A stretch of 64,000 nt of DNA. Source: Klebsiella pneumoniae. Lineage in GTDB: Bacteria > Pseudomonadota > Gammaproteobacteria > Eutrophobiales > Eutrophobiaceae. The stretch is taken from NCBI GenBank assembly GCA_945878555.1, contig CAMDWI010000014.1, positions 19,387 through 83,386 of the forward strand, given 5' to 3'. Under the pieces are notes generated by a model. That model did no database searches and was not told where the DNA came from. It saw only the letters and a program-made list of their open reading frames with translations. Both the position numbers and the translations under genes were made by a program. Shown here piece after piece: positions 30,101-40,385 of this stretch. The first letter of the stretch is position 1. Every line of letters begins with the position of its first letter.

Positions 30101-30666
30101 ATGTCGAGCAGTGATCCACGTATGGCAATATCACCGTGTTCAATTACCTGCGATACCAGTCGGTAACCATTCTGGATCAGTCGATTTCTGAACTCCTCAA
30201 TATCCAGACGCTGACCTGTCCGGATATCCAGGCTGCGTGCATGCAGATAACTCGCTGGCATGAGCCGGTGCATGACCGTAGATACGGGGACAACGAGTAT
30301 GCCCTTGTGCAAGGTGGACAGTCGGGTCAGTGTCGCAAGGCGTTCGGAGATGATGTCCTGGTAAGGAGAAAAAATATCGTACGGTAATGTCTCCCAGTCA
30401 GGAAATGTTAACAGCGGGATATCGGTAGCAACCTCACCGAAAAACCGCAGTTCCTCCATCAGGTTTTCAGCCGTCTTTATATCCGCCGTCAATACTATCA
30501 GTGGTGCCTGCGCACGCTTCGCAGCATTAAAAATGGCAAGTCCACGCGAACTACCATACAGTTTGCCCCAGTGGTAACTGTCGTTGGCGTTAACAGGCAG
30601 CGCCGGTCTGAACAGATCCGGCGTGGAGGTATCGTTGGTCACAGCAGACGGGCTAACAGGATTCAC
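27163..30666 (-). CDS. mfd: Transcription-repair coupling factor
   Basis: 1167 aa. Superfamily-2 helicase motifs (GDAGFGKTEVA, DEEHRFGV, LTLTATPIPRT), the RNAP-interacting and TRG regions, and typical Mfd length. Confidence 0.96.
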   Translation of the reverse strand: MNPVSPSAVTNDTSTPDLFRPALPVNANDSYHWGKLYGSSRGLAIFNAAKRAQAPLIVLTADIKTAENLMEELRFFGEVATDIPLLTFPDWETLPYDIFSPYQDIISERLATLTRLSTLHKGILVVPVSTVMHRLMPASYLHARSLDIRTGQRLDIEEFRNRLIQNGYRLVSQVIEHGDIAIRGSLLDIYPMGLRQPYRLDLFGDEVDSIRIFDPETQRSIEKVERMTVLPAREVSLVEETINRFRSNWRNRFQGNPSSSHIYTDVTNGMAPAGIEYYLPLFYETTSSLFDYLPLTGLVIIDEGVETAADSFWHDIQRRYEQGRYDIERPLLPPDQLFFSPEDLTARLQTHARVFCQGLAVTDRRHTFNYATRAPLQMPVDIRAREPLGMLQRFLAEFAGRVLILAESPGRRETLTEMFRNHGLTPRQVQGWDEFLHSDATLALAIAPVQNGTIVDQPHIAIISESQLFGERVQQRRLRKRRQSESDALVKSLAELTIGAPVVHEDNGVGRYLGLMTLEVGGILNEFICLEYDKGDKLYVPVSALNLISRYTGADPEHAPLHRLGSNQWQKAKERASKRVVDVAAELLELHARRAARTGNSFRFDEDAYLGFVQGFPFEETPDQQDAINAVLADMKQAKPMDRLICGDAGFGKTEVAMRAAFIAVNGGKQVGILVPTTLLAQQHYQNFRDRFADWPFRIEVLSRFVDRKQQDDVIRDIENGKVDIIIGTHRLLQDDIRFSRLGLVVIDEEHRFGVRQKEKFRAIRAEIDVLTLTATPIPRTLNMAIADLRDLSIIASPPSRRQAIKTFVFEWRDQILQEAIQREIQRGGQVYFLHNEVDTIEKQAEKVQALVPEARVQFAHGQMPEKQLEQVMLDFYHRRFNILVCTTIIETGIDVPSANTIIINRADKFGLAQLYQLRGRVGRSHHRAYAYLLIPSLKSITKDAIKRLEAIESLEDLGIGFTLAVHDLEIRGAGEILGEEQSGQIQEIGFGLYMDLLDRAVRALKSGNQPRLDRPLDHGAEVEFHVPSLIPQDYLADVQTRLIMYKRIATARDDDDLVSLQEEMIDRFGLLPEPLKNLFAITRLKYRAAPLGIRKIELGARGGRILFDNVTRIDPVRIIMLIQKESRTFKLDGSDKLKIIREFADVQSRMDFLYDLFDKIVLRDTA

Positions 30667-30710
30667 TATCAGGGGATTTCAGTTCCAGCGCGGTTAATAC
30701 CTGGCTTCCG

Positions 30711-31433
30711 TCAGCGTCGGGCTAGCAGGGCAAGCGCACCGTCAACTTCATCACGGATATGCACGAGGGCCTGCAAGGGATCTATCGCCTGGGTAATGGG
30801 GCGACCAATCACCAGATAATCACTACCGGCAGCGATCGCATCGGCCGGTGTCACGATCCTGATTTGATCATTCACATCTGAACCCTGCGGGCGTATACCC
30901 GGGGTGACCAGATAACAGGGTTGTTTAATTTGTTCTCTCAGCAACGTGACTTCGCGCGCAGAACAGACCACACCGTCCGCACCGGAGGTGATACTGAGAC
31001 GCGCAAGCCGGAGTACCTGTTCATCCACCGTTGACGCCACACCGGTTTCGGCGAGATCTGCATCCGCCAGACTGGTAAGTACCGTGACCGCTATCAAAAG
31101 GGGTTTGTGAGTCGAGGACTCTATTGCTTCCCGTGCGGCACTGATCATCCTGCGCCCACCCGAGGCATGCACATTGACCATCCACACACCGAGATCGGCC
31201 GCCGCCTTGCACGCACCGGCAACCGTATTTGGAATGTCATGAAACTTCAGATCGAGAAAGACAGAAAAACCGGCCTTAATCATATTTTCTACCAGCGCCG
31301 GACCACTACGGGTAAACAATTCCTTGCCTACCTTCAGCCTGCATAATGAGGGATCCAGCCGATGGACGAGTTCCAGCGCCGGTGATGGCTCGGGATAATC
31401 GAGCGATACAATAATTCTCGGGTTATTCACCAT
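30711..31433 (-). CDS. pyrF: Orotidine-5'-phosphate decarboxylase
   Basis: Homology begins at [14 protein letters not shown]...[12 protein letters not shown]...VNVHASGG. I place the start at ATG 31433, with AAGGAG 3 nt upstream (240 aa). The track ORF is 5'-extended. 11-nt overlap with the lapB 3' end. Confidence 0.92.
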   Translation of the reverse strand: MVNNPRIIVSLDYPEPSPALELVHRLDPSLCRLKVGKELFTRSGPALVENMIKAGFSVFLDLKFHDIPNTVAGACKAAADLGVWMVNVHASGGRRMISAAREAIESSTHKPLLIAVTVLTSLADADLAETGVASTVDEQVLRLARLSITSGADGVVCSAREVTLLREQIKQPCYLVTPGIRPQGSDVNDQIRIVTPADAIAAGSDYLVIGRPITQAIDPLQALVHIRDEVDGALALLARR

Positions 31434-32601
31434 GTACTCCTTGTACCGGTTTGACAGAATTCCAGGACTTGCACCCGGGACACTTCCAGTGCAGTTTTTT
31501 AGCTTCAAATCCACAATTGTGACATTTATAAACAGGTCGATCTTCCAGCAGTCTGGTTGTCAGTTCCTTAATTGTGGTCAGGTTCTTGTTTAATTCCCCG
31601 TCCGTCACGCTGATGGCGTATTTTATCAGATGATCCACACCACGTACGGTTGGCCTTAGATGTAATTGCCCGGAAATAAAACTGATAGCCGCTGCATTTC
31701 CCTCGGCATCGGCTATCATATCGGTCAGACATAACAGCGGGGTAATTCCGCCATAGTTTTTCAGTACTTCGGCAAGATAGCTCCTGAACTTTTCCAGCTG
31801 CCCCAACGCCTGGTAACAGCTGCGCAATGAGTTAACCACTTCCGGAATATAGTCTGGATCCTGTTTTTCAATCCGTCTGTAGGCCTTGATGGCCGTCTGA
31901 TAATCAGCAACATTCCTGGCATTATCGGCTTCCATCAGACTCGCACGTACACAACGCGGGTCCAGGTTCAGCGCCCGTTTAATATTCTGCGTCGCGTCGC
32001 GAAGGTTATTTGCGGCCAGCTCCATACTGGCAATCTCACAGTGAAACTGCGCCATGACCGGGTGCAGGTCACGAGAGGTAATCGATTCGAGTTTTTTCGC
32101 CGTGGTAATTGCCTTGTCCCATTCACGTTCCTGCTGGTAAATATCCAGCAAGTGGGTGTGGGCCGGAATAATGAAGCGTTCCGTGGCTACCAGCTCGGAA
32201 AACAGGCCTTCCGCCCGATCCAGGATGCCCAGTTTCATGTAGTCCAGCCCCAGTTCGAGCATCGCCTGGGAACGGTATTCACTGTCAAGAGCGGGTCGTG
32301 CAATCAGGTTCTGATGTATACGGATGGCACGGTCGACCTCGCCCCTGCGCCGGAACAGGCTGCCCAGTGCAAAATGGGTCTCTACAGTCTCACTGTCAAC
32401 TTCAAGCATCTTGATAAAGATTTCAATCGCCTTGTCAGGCTGTTCGTTCAGAACGTAATTCAAGCCCTTGAAATATTCCGGTGGTAATGGTCTTGAGCGT
32501 CCCTTGCCGCGGCCCTGACCGGCAGATCGGGCGGCAAACCAGCCAGATGCCGCCGCCACGGGCAGCAGCAAGATCAGCAACAGAACCCAGTCCGTATTCA
32601 T
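31423..32601 (-). CDS. lapB: Lipopolysaccharide assembly protein B (TPR plus rubredoxin-type zinc finger)
   Basis: 392 aa. N-terminal TM helix, TPR repeats, and the C-terminal [25 protein letters not shown]. Confidence 0.92.
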   Translation of the reverse strand: MNTDWVLLLILLLPVAAASGWFAARSAGQGRGKGRSRPLPPEYFKGLNYVLNEQPDKAIEIFIKMLEVDSETVETHFALGSLFRRRGEVDRAIRIHQNLIARPALDSEYRSQAMLELGLDYMKLGILDRAEGLFSELVATERFIIPAHTHLLDIYQQEREWDKAITTAKKLESITSRDLHPVMAQFHCEIASMELAANNLRDATQNIKRALNLDPRCVRASLMEADNARNVADYQTAIKAYRRIEKQDPDYIPEVVNSLRSCYQALGQLEKFRSYLAEVLKNYGGITPLLCLTDMIADAEGNAAAISFISGQLHLRPTVRGVDHLIKYAISVTDGELNKNLTTIKELTTRLLEDRPVYKCHNCGFEAKKLHWKCPGCKSWNSVKPVQGVHGE

Positions 32602-32607
32602 GCCGGA

Positions 32608-32895
32608 TCAGTTCCTTGCTGGAAGTACGCGCAGATTGTCGAGCTCCTTTTCAGCAAGGCGTATCCTGGTCCGGAGCGACCTGTTCTCCTGTTTTATGCG
32701 TAGCAGTACGGACACACAGGCAACCACACCGAGTGTCGTCCCGGTGATTAACACGACAATCAGGAAAAAGGAGAAGGGTAACTCGATAGTACCAAGATAA
32801 TAATCAAATGTTACAGCCTGATCATTACGCAAGTGCAAGGCCAGTCCGGCCATCATTATGAGGAACACCAGCAGAAGTCTGATTATACGCAGCAT
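32608..32895 (-). CDS. lapA: Lipopolysaccharide assembly protein A (small two-TM protein)
   Basis: 95 aa from ATG 32895 (MLRIIRLLLVFLIMMAG...). Two TM helices plus a basic coiled tail, directly upstream of lapB. The track ORF is 5'-extended. Confidence 0.75.
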   Translation of the reverse strand: MLRIIRLLLVFLIMMAGLALHLRNDQAVTFDYYLGTIELPFSFFLIVVLITGTTLGVVACVSVLLRIKQENRSLRTRIRLAEKELDNLRVLPARN

Positions 32896-33020
32896 ACTAC
32901 CCTCGAATTCTATTGCAGGTTTGGCACTGTCTACGCGGTAATAGTAAAACAATACCCGCAAATATTATACGGGGGAGGAAGAAACAACCGGTTGGAATGG
33001 TACAGCAATACTGCCGGGAT

Positions 33021-33338
33021 TTAATCTTCGTCTTTAGCCAGGGTGATCGGGATATCGCGGGTCTGGTCTATCCTGTCACGCAGTTGTTTACCGGGTTTAA
33101 AGTGGGGTACATATTTGGCCGGCAGGGACACCGGGTCCCCCGATTTCGGATTGCGTCCTACTCTCGGAGGCCGGTAATGTAATGAAAAACTGCCAAAACC
33201 GCGGATCTCGATGCGTTCACCGTTCGACAGCGCATTTGCCATATTTTCAAGTATGGTTTTTACAGCAAGCTCAACATCCTTGTAAGCGAGCTGCATTTGC
33301 CGCCGTGCCAATGCTTCAATCAGTTCTGATTTGGTCAT
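33021..33338 (-). CDS. ihfB: Integration host factor subunit beta
   Basis: 105 aa. MTKSELIE...[28 protein letters not shown]....[10 protein letters not shown]. Confidence 0.95.
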   Translation of the reverse strand: MTKSELIEALARRQMQLAYKDVELAVKTILENMANALSNGERIEIRGFGSFSLHYRPPRVGRNPKSGDPVSLPAKYVPHFKPGKQLRDRIDQTRDIPITLAKDED

Positions 33339-33393
33339 ATGTCTTTATCAGTCACATTTAGTCAAATACAGCATCAAGTAGCCGCGATTGCGG

Positions 33394-35067
33394 TCAGTTA
33401 TTGTTATCCAGATGTTCCTTCAACAGATCACCCAGCTTAGCACCTGTTGATGAATCCGGCGCATATTCCCTGACAGCGGCGCTTTCTTCATCCGACTCCT
33501 TCGCCCGCACAGAAACAGCGATGGAGCGTTTTTTGCGATCAACTGCAGTGATCTTGACTTCCAGCTCCTCGCCTTCCTTGACAAACTGGCGTGCATCTTC
33601 AACCTTCTTGTCTATGGACAGTTCAGTCGCCTTCATCTGGCCCTCAATTCCCTCAGCCAGTAGCACGGTCACAAATTTCGGCTCTACACTCAGTACGGTT
33701 GATTTAACAATACTGCCCTTCGGATGTTCAGCCACATAACTTGAGAACGGGTCCTTCTCCAGCTGCTTGATGCCAAGCGAGATACGCTCGCGTTCTGCAT
33801 CCACACCCAGAACAGTTGTCTCGATTTCATCACCCTTCTGGAACTTGCGAATCGCATCCTCGCTTTCGTCCGACCAGGAAACATCAGACAGATGTACCAG
33901 ACCGTCGATACCACCTTCCAGACCGATAAAGATACCAAAGTCAGTGATCGATTTGATGGTACCCACCACCTTGTCACCCTTGTTATAGGTGGCAGCGAAC
34001 TGCTCCCACGGATTGGGCTGGCACTGCTTCATGCCGAGCGAAATCCTTCTTCTTTCCTGGTCAATGTCCAGAATAACGATATCGACTTCATCACCAATAT
34101 GAACAATCTTGGAAGGATGGACATTCTTGTTGGTCCAGTCCATTTCAGAGACGTGTACCAGGCCTTCTACACCTTCTTCCAGTTCAACAAAACAACCGTA
34201 GTCCGCAATGTTGGTAACCTTGCCGCGCAGACGGCTGCCTTCTGGCAAACGTCTGGTCAGGTCGGTCCATGGATCCTCGCCCATCTGCTTCAGGCCGAGC
34301 GAAACACGATTACGCTCGCGATCAAACTTCAGAACCTTCACATCGATCTCGTCACCAATCTTGACGATTTCACCCGGATCCTTTACGCGCTTCCAGGCCA
34401 TATCGGTAATATGCAACAGGCCGTCTATGCCACCCAGATCAAGGAATGCACCGTAGTCGGTCAGGTTCTTCACCACGCCCTTGACGATTGCGCCTTCGGT
34501 AATCTTCTCCAGCATCGCATCGCGTTCAGCCGAGCTCTCGCTTTCAACAACGGCACGACGGGACACAACAACATTATTGCGCTTCTGATCAATCTTGATG
34601 ACCTTGAATTCAAGCGGCTTGCCTTCCAGATACGATGTATCACGAACCGGACGGGTATCCACCAGTGAACCCGGCAGAAACGCCCTGACCTTGTCGATAT
34701 CAACCGTAAAACCACCCTTGACCCGCTCGGTGATCACACCGATAACGGTTTCACCGGTCTCATGGGCCTTCTCCAGGAATACCCAGGCCAGCAGGCGCTT
34801 GGCCTTTTCACGTGACAGTCTGGTTTCACCATAACCGTCTTCAACTGCGTCCAGAGCCACATCCACCCTGTCACCGACGCTGACCTCCAGTTCGCCACGC
34901 TCATTGTAGAACTGCTCAATGGGGATATAGGCCTCGGATTTCAGACCAGCGTTCACAACTACGCTGTCAGCACTCACCTCAATAACGATACCGTTAATGA
35001 TGCTGCCGGGGTGCATTTTAGAGTTCAACTGACTCTGTTCAAATAATTCTGCGAAACTTTCACTCAT
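33394..35067 (-). CDS. rpsA: 30S ribosomal protein S1
   Basis: 557 aa. Six S1 repeats and the N-terminus [13 protein letters not shown]. Confidence 0.97.
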   Translation of the reverse strand: MSESFAELFEQSQLNSKMHPGSIINGIVIEVSADSVVVNAGLKSEAYIPIEQFYNERGELEVSVGDRVDVALDAVEDGYGETRLSREKAKRLLAWVFLEKAHETGETVIGVITERVKGGFTVDIDKVRAFLPGSLVDTRPVRDTSYLEGKPLEFKVIKIDQKRNNVVVSRRAVVESESSAERDAMLEKITEGAIVKGVVKNLTDYGAFLDLGGIDGLLHITDMAWKRVKDPGEIVKIGDEIDVKVLKFDRERNRVSLGLKQMGEDPWTDLTRRLPEGSRLRGKVTNIADYGCFVELEEGVEGLVHVSEMDWTNKNVHPSKIVHIGDEVDIVILDIDQERRRISLGMKQCQPNPWEQFAATYNKGDKVVGTIKSITDFGIFIGLEGGIDGLVHLSDVSWSDESEDAIRKFQKGDEIETTVLGVDAERERISLGIKQLEKDPFSSYVAEHPKGSIVKSTVLSVEPKFVTVLLAEGIEGQMKATELSIDKKVEDARQFVKEGEELEVKITAVDRKKRSIAVSVRAKESDEESAAVREYAPDSSTGAKLGDLLKEHLDNNN

Positions 35068-35133
35068 GAAATATCAATTTCCTGGTCAGATAATCCGTAC
35101 TGGTACGATTACCAGCAAAACGATCGACCTGTT

Positions 35134-35841
35134 CTAGTTAATCGGTAGTTGACGCACCTGTTCCGGAAAATTCTTGCGAACCAGATCCAGAACCTGCAGG
35201 CCAACCGCTTCTGCATTTACAGCTGTAGTATCGATAATAATTGCATCTGAAGCAGGTGTTAAAGGAGACGCTGATCGTTGCGCATCCCTCTCGTCCCGTT
35301 CAGCAATCTCAGCCGAAAGGCGGGCAAGGTTAACACTAAACCCTTGTTCTTTCAACTGTTTATAGCGCCGTTTCGCACGTTCATCTGCACTGGCGGTCAG
35401 GAAGATTTTCAGCGTGGCATCAGGGAACACAACAGTACCCATATCGCGACCATCGGCAATCAACCCCGGCGATTGCCTGAAGGCACGTTGTCGGGACAAT
35501 AAACCGGCCCTGACACCGGGATAAACAGCAATTTTTGATGCTGCATTGCCGCACTCCTCGGTGCGGATACTGGCTGTGACTTCTGACTGTCCCAGCCAGA
35601 TAGCGACATGATTACCCTTGTTATCAGGCCTGAAACGGATGTCCAGATGTTCTGCCAGCCCGCATAATTCCGGCGTGTTTTCGAGGCCAAGTCCGCTGTC
35701 CAGGGCAGATAGCGCCAGTGCCCGGTAAAGCACCCCGCTGTCGAGGAAGTGCCAACCTAACAGTGTAGCCAGACGTAAACAGATCGTCCCCTTACCCGTG
35801 CCGCTGGGGCCATCGACAGTAATAACCGGCGCCTCAGCCAT
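35134..35841 (-). CDS. cmk: Cytidylate kinase
   Basis: Homology begins at MAEAPVITVDGPSGTGKGT (P-loop). I place the start at ATG 35841 (235 aa). The track ORF is 5'-extended. 8-nt overlap with the aroA 3' end. Confidence 0.92.
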   Translation of the reverse strand: MAEAPVITVDGPSGTGKGTICLRLATLLGWHFLDSGVLYRALALSALDSGLGLENTPELCGLAEHLDIRFRPDNKGNHVAIWLGQSEVTASIRTEECGNAASKIAVYPGVRAGLLSRQRAFRQSPGLIADGRDMGTVVFPDATLKIFLTASADERAKRRYKQLKEQGFSVNLARLSAEIAERDERDAQRSASPLTPASDAIIIDTTAVNAEAVGLQVLDLVRKNFPEQVRQLPIN

Positions 35842-37159
35842 CAGTCTGTTCAATCCGGATATCCAGCCCCACTGAACAGGCCGTTTCAACAAATCCGGGG
35901 AACGAGGTATTGACGTTGATACAATCCAGTACCCTGACCGGACCGCTACTGACGGTCGAGGCCACTGAAAATGCCATCGCTATCCGGTGGTCACCATAAC
36001 TGTTTATCTCGCCACCGTGCATGCTGCCTCCGGTCACAATCATTCCATCGGGGGTCGTCACCGCCGCGATACCCAGACGTTTCAGACCGTCCGCCATCGC
36101 CTCGATTCGGTCGCTTTCTTTGACCCGCAGTTCGGCCGCATCCCGCAGGACAGTCTCTCCCCTGGCATATGCCGCCGCTATCAGGATTGCAGGTATCTCG
36201 TCGATGGCAATTGGAACCAGATGTGACGGAATTTCAATCCCGTGCAGGGGCCGGTGTTTCACCCGTATCGTGGCTGTCGGTTCTGTCCCGTCGACACTTT
36301 CGGCCGCCTCCACCTGGATATCCGCACCCATCATTTGCAGGATTTCAATCACGGCATGCCGGGTCGGATTGATACCGATGTTATCAAGAACAATGTCAGA
36401 GCCGGGGCAGATGCTGGCGGCCACCAGAAAAAATGCAGCCGATGATATATCACCCGGCACGCTGACCCGGGTAGCCGTCAATCTGCCCGGCTGCAAGGTG
36501 ACACTCTTGCCTGAACGGGTGATATGACAACCGAAACCGGGCAACATCCTCTCGGTATGATCGCGGGTGACAGCCGGTTCAATAATGGTCGTGTTGCCTT
36601 GCGCATACAGACCGGCAAGTAACAGGCAGGATTTTAGCTGCGCGCTGGCAACCGGCATGGTGTAATGAATTCCGCGTAATTGCTGTCCGCCACGGATATG
36701 CAAGGGCAAGGTACCTTTTTCGGTACATTCCAGATCGGCACCCATCTCCCGTAATGGCAATACAACCCTGCGCATCGGTCGCGTCATTAAAGACTCATCA
36801 CCAATCAGCTCGGTATCAAATGTCTGTCCGGACAATAATCCGGATAACAGTCTGACCGAGGTGCCCGAGTTGCCAAAATAAAGTGGCCTGGTCGGTGATT
36901 GCAAGCCGTGCAGGCCCACGCCATGCACCGTCAACTGATCATCAGACCGATCAATACGCACACCCATCTCCCTGAACACATCGGCGGTAGCGATAGTGTC
37001 AGCGCTGTCGAGAAACCCGGTCACCCGGGTCTCACCCTCGGCGATGGCACCAAAAATAATCGCCCGGTGTGACACCGATTTGTCGCCCGGCACACGAATA
37101 CGGCCACTTAGCGAACGGACAGGTCTGGCGAGATAGTCAATACGTTTTTGCTGATGCAT
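35834..37159 (-). CDS. aroA: 3-phosphoshikimate 1-carboxyvinyltransferase (EPSP synthase)
   Basis: Homology begins at MHQQKRIDYLARPVRSLSGRIRVPGDKSVSHRA (ATG 37159, 441 aa). Also LGNSGTSVRLL and RVKESDRI motifs. The track ORF is 5'-extended into tyrA. Confidence 0.93.
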   Translation of the reverse strand: MHQQKRIDYLARPVRSLSGRIRVPGDKSVSHRAIIFGAIAEGETRVTGFLDSADTIATADVFREMGVRIDRSDDQLTVHGVGLHGLQSPTRPLYFGNSGTSVRLLSGLLSGQTFDTELIGDESLMTRPMRRVVLPLREMGADLECTEKGTLPLHIRGGQQLRGIHYTMPVASAQLKSCLLLAGLYAQGNTTIIEPAVTRDHTERMLPGFGCHITRSGKSVTLQPGRLTATRVSVPGDISSAAFFLVAASICPGSDIVLDNIGINPTRHAVIEILQMMGADIQVEAAESVDGTEPTATIRVKHRPLHGIEIPSHLVPIAIDEIPAILIAAAYARGETVLRDAAELRVKESDRIEAMADGLKRLGIAAVTTPDGMIVTGGSMHGGEINSYGDHRIAMAFSVASTVSSGPVRVLDCINVNTSFPGFVETACSVGLDIRIEQTDG

Positions 37160-37181
37160 GTGATATCGGGATTCCGTAGTT

Positions 37182-38078
37182 TCAGGTAGTTTTTTTTCTG
37201 GACAGCAGTGACTGCCGTTCAGCCAGCATCGTGTCTCTGGTGTATTTGACCCGCGCAAAAACCTCACGCAGCTTGTCACGATCATTCGTGCTTATCATCG
37301 CCTTCATTGCTGCCAGATGGCTCTCAAACTGCGAAATCACCTTCAACAGCTTGTCACCATTCGCAATGCAGATATCACTCCACATCTCGGGGTTACTGGA
37401 GGCGATGCGGGTAAAGTCCCGGAATCCTCCGGCGGAAAAGCGAAAGATTTCGTCATGTTCATTCATACCTGCGAGGCAGTCTACCAACGCATAGGCGAGT
37501 ACATGGGGCAAATGACTGGTCGCCGCAAGGACCTGATCATGATGATCCACCGATAATGAAACAACTGTTGCGCCGCAGCTTTCCCACATCCGGGTGATGG
37601 TTTCTACCGCAGTGGTTTCATTATCCGGCAGCGGTGTCAGGATGACCATGTGATCAACAAACAGGTCGGCAAATGAGGCCTGAACACCGCTCTGCTCGGT
37701 ACCGGCTATCGGATGACCCGGGATAAACTGGTGCAGTCTGTCGCCCAGCGCATTACGTGCGGCCTCGACCACACTGCCCTTCGCACTACCGACATCGGTG
37801 ATGATAGTTTTTGTCTGCAAGGCCGACAACAATGCACCCAACAACGGTTCCATCGTCGCCAAAGGTGTTGCCAGTACAATCACATCGGCATTGGCAACTA
37901 CATGGGTTATATCTTGTGAATACTCGTCGATAACGCCGAGTTCGAGCGCGCGCTGCATATTCGATTCATCGCGACCATAACCGGAGATATGGTTACATAC
38001 GCCCGCGCGACGGAGTGCACGTGCGAGTGAGCCGCCTATCAAACCGACTCCGATGATTGCAAGTTTGTTTATCAACAT
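37182..38078 (-). CDS. tyrA: Prephenate (or arogenate) dehydrogenase
   Basis: 298 aa. Rossmann motif IIGVGLIGGS, HPIAG, and its position between pheA and aroA. Confidence 0.85.
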   Translation of the reverse strand: MLINKLAIIGVGLIGGSLARALRRAGVCNHISGYGRDESNMQRALELGVIDEYSQDITHVVANADVIVLATPLATMEPLLGALLSALQTKTIITDVGSAKGSVVEAARNALGDRLHQFIPGHPIAGTEQSGVQASFADLFVDHMVILTPLPDNETTAVETITRMWESCGATVVSLSVDHHDQVLAATSHLPHVLAYALVDCLAGMNEHDEIFRFSAGGFRDFTRIASSNPEMWSDICIANGDKLLKVISQFESHLAAMKAMISTNDRDKLREVFARVKYTRDTMLAERQSLLSRKKTT

Positions 38079-38159
38079 ATCAAGGCCGTTATCGAACAGA
38101 AAGTTACACAGGATTGCATGGCGATTGCAGATACCTCCGGCAATATCGGTGATCTGATA

Positions 38160-39254
38160 TTACAGGACGGCCTTCGGGTAGGAGCCGAGTATCTTCACCA
38201 TCGACGCCTCGGATTCGAGCCTTACAATGGCAGCCGCAACATTATCATTGTTTTGATGTCCATCCACATCAACAAAAAACACGTACTCCCACAGTCCCCT
38301 GCGTGACGGCCGTGATTCTATCCGGGTCATGTTGACATTATTATCAGCAAAACAGGACAACATACGTAACAGAGAACCCGGTTTGCTTGGCATCGAGAAC
38401 AGCAGTGAGGTCTTGTCTGCACCGGACGGTTGGGCGTCCTTTTCCGCAATGATCAGAAATCGGGTGGAATTGTCCGGTTCATCCTCAATATTGCTTTCAA
38501 GAATCTGCAACTGATACACCTGTGCCGACGCGGCGCCGGCTACTGCTGCTGCAGCTGGATCTTCTGCGGCGATACGGGCGGCCTCGGCATTACTGTTGAC
38601 AGCGATGCGTTCAATACCTGGCATATGTGTATCCAGCCACAAACGGCACTGGGCCAGTGACTGCTGATGAGAATAGATCCTGCGGATCTGCGACTTGTCT
38701 CCGGTCTTGCTCATCAGATTCTGGTGGATACGCAGTTCCACTTCGCCGCTGATTTTCAGTTTTGAATTTATCAACATGTCGAGTGTATGGTTGACCACAC
38801 CCTCGATTGAGTTCTCAATGGGTACAACGCCGTAATGACAGGCTCCGGACTGTACCTGGTGGAAGACTTCATCTATCCGCGACAGTGGTACGGTCTGAAC
38901 CGATTGACCAAAATGTTTCAGTGCAGCCGTCTGGGTGAATGTCCCTTCCGGTCCCAGAAACGCAACTTTCAGTTTCTGTTCCAGTGCCAGACAGGCGGAC
39001 ATTAATTCACGAAACAGTATGGCAATCGCTTCATCAGACAACGGCCCCGGATTTTCACTGATGACCCGCCGGAGGACCTGTGCCTCGCGCTCGGGACGGT
39101 AATAAACGGCAGCCGCACCATCTTCCCTTTTCAACTCGGCGATTTCCGCGGCCAGCGACGCACGGCTGCTGATCAGATCGATCAGTTGTTTATCGATCTG
39201 ATCGATTCGTTCACGTATCCCGACCAGCTTGCTGTCAGTTGTCATGATCGCCAA
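38160..39254 (-). CDS. pheA: Bifunctional chorismate mutase / prephenate dehydratase (P-protein)
   Basis: 364 aa. CM_2 N-terminal domain (LVGIRERIDQIDKQLIDLISSRA), the PDT domain (AFLGPEGTFT...TRF) and an ACT domain (ESRPS). Confidence 0.93.
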   Translation of the reverse strand: MAIMTTDSKLVGIRERIDQIDKQLIDLISSRASLAAEIAELKREDGAAAVYYRPEREAQVLRRVISENPGPLSDEAIAILFRELMSACLALEQKLKVAFLGPEGTFTQTAALKHFGQSVQTVPLSRIDEVFHQVQSGACHYGVVPIENSIEGVVNHTLDMLINSKLKISGEVELRIHQNLMSKTGDKSQIRRIYSHQQSLAQCRLWLDTHMPGIERIAVNSNAEAARIAAEDPAAAAVAGAASAQVYQLQILESNIEDEPDNSTRFLIIAEKDAQPSGADKTSLLFSMPSKPGSLLRMLSCFADNNVNMTRIESRPSRRGLWEYVFFVDVDGHQNNDNVAAAIVRLESEASMVKILGSYPKAVL

Positions 39255-39296
39255 CGGGATCAGACAGGTGCAACGACATGCAGGCCGGACACCACA

Positions 39297-40385
39297 TCAG
39301 CCATGGCGTTTGGCAAAGTCGAGCATGAAGCTGACCAGTGCCTCGATACCGTCCATGGTCATACCGTTATAGATACTTGCACGCATACCACCGACACTGC
39401 GATGGCCTTTCAGTTCGATCAGGTTGTTTTTCTTTGCCTCGGCGAGGAAGGCGTCGTTCAGGGCTTCATCCTTCAGGATAAAGGGCACATTCATGCGTGA
39501 ACGGAACTTGCGATCGATCGGGTTGCTGTAAAACTCGCTGCTGTCGATAACATCATACAATCTGTCGGCACGCTGCCTCGCACGTTGATCCATCACGGTC
39601 AGACCGCCCTGCTTCTTGATCCACTTGTAGATCAGACCGGCCATGTACCAGGTGAAAGTTGGCGGGGTATTAAACATCGACTCATTGTCTGCATAAATCT
39701 TGAAATCACACAGAAACGGCACCTGCGGACCGGCCTTGCCAATCAGGTCTTCACGAATGACCACACAGGCAAGACCTGCAGGACCAAAATTCTTCTGTGC
39801 ACTGGCGAATACTATCCCGTATTTCGAGACATCAAACGGGCGTGACAGGAAATTGGAGGTCATGTCACATACGAGCGGGATACTGCCTGTATCCGGTATG
39901 TCTGCAAACTCGACACCGGCTATGGTCTCGTTATCGGTGTAGTAAAGATAGGCGGAATCGGCGCTCAGATTCCAGCTGCTGCGCTCCGGTATCGTATAGA
40001 ATTTTTCAGCCTTTGAGGTACCTGCCAGATTGGTCTTGCCCAGACGTTTGGCCTCACCATAGGCCTTGTCCGACCAGTTGCCGGTCAACAGGTAGTCACC
40101 GGTACCACCCTGGGCCAGCAGGTTCAGCGGCACCATGCTCATCAGTGCGGTTGCCCCGCCTGGAACATAAAGAATCTTGTAATTGGCAGGTATGGCCAGG
40201 ACTTCACGCAGGTCCTTTTCCGCCTCTTCAGCAATCGCCAGGAACGATTTGCTGCGATGACTCATTTCAACAACCGAGATACCCGTACCATTCCAGTCCA
40301 GAAATTCTGCCTGGGCCTGTTGCATCACTTCAGCGGGCAACTGCGCCGGACCCGCACCAAAGTTTATTACTGTTTTCGTAGCCAT
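39297..40385 (-). CDS. serC: Phosphoserine aminotransferase
   Basis: 362 aa. NFGAGPAQLP, SHRSK, and the PLP-lysine region SAQKNFGPAG. Its start abuts the gyrA stop with no gap. Confidence 0.95.
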   Translation of the reverse strand: MATKTVINFGAGPAQLPAEVMQQAQAEFLDWNGTGISVVEMSHRSKSFLAIAEEAEKDLREVLAIPANYKILYVPGGATALMSMVPLNLLAQGGTGDYLLTGNWSDKAYGEAKRLGKTNLAGTSKAEKFYTIPERSSWNLSADSAYLYYTDNETIAGVEFADIPDTGSIPLVCDMTSNFLSRPFDVSKYGIVFASAQKNFGPAGLACVVIREDLIGKAGPQVPFLCDFKIYADNESMFNTPPTFTWYMAGLIYKWIKKQGGLTVMDQRARQRADRLYDVIDSSEFYSNPIDRKFRSRMNVPFILKDEALNDAFLAEAKKNNLIELKGHRSVGGMRASIYNGMTMDGIEALVSFMLDFAKRHG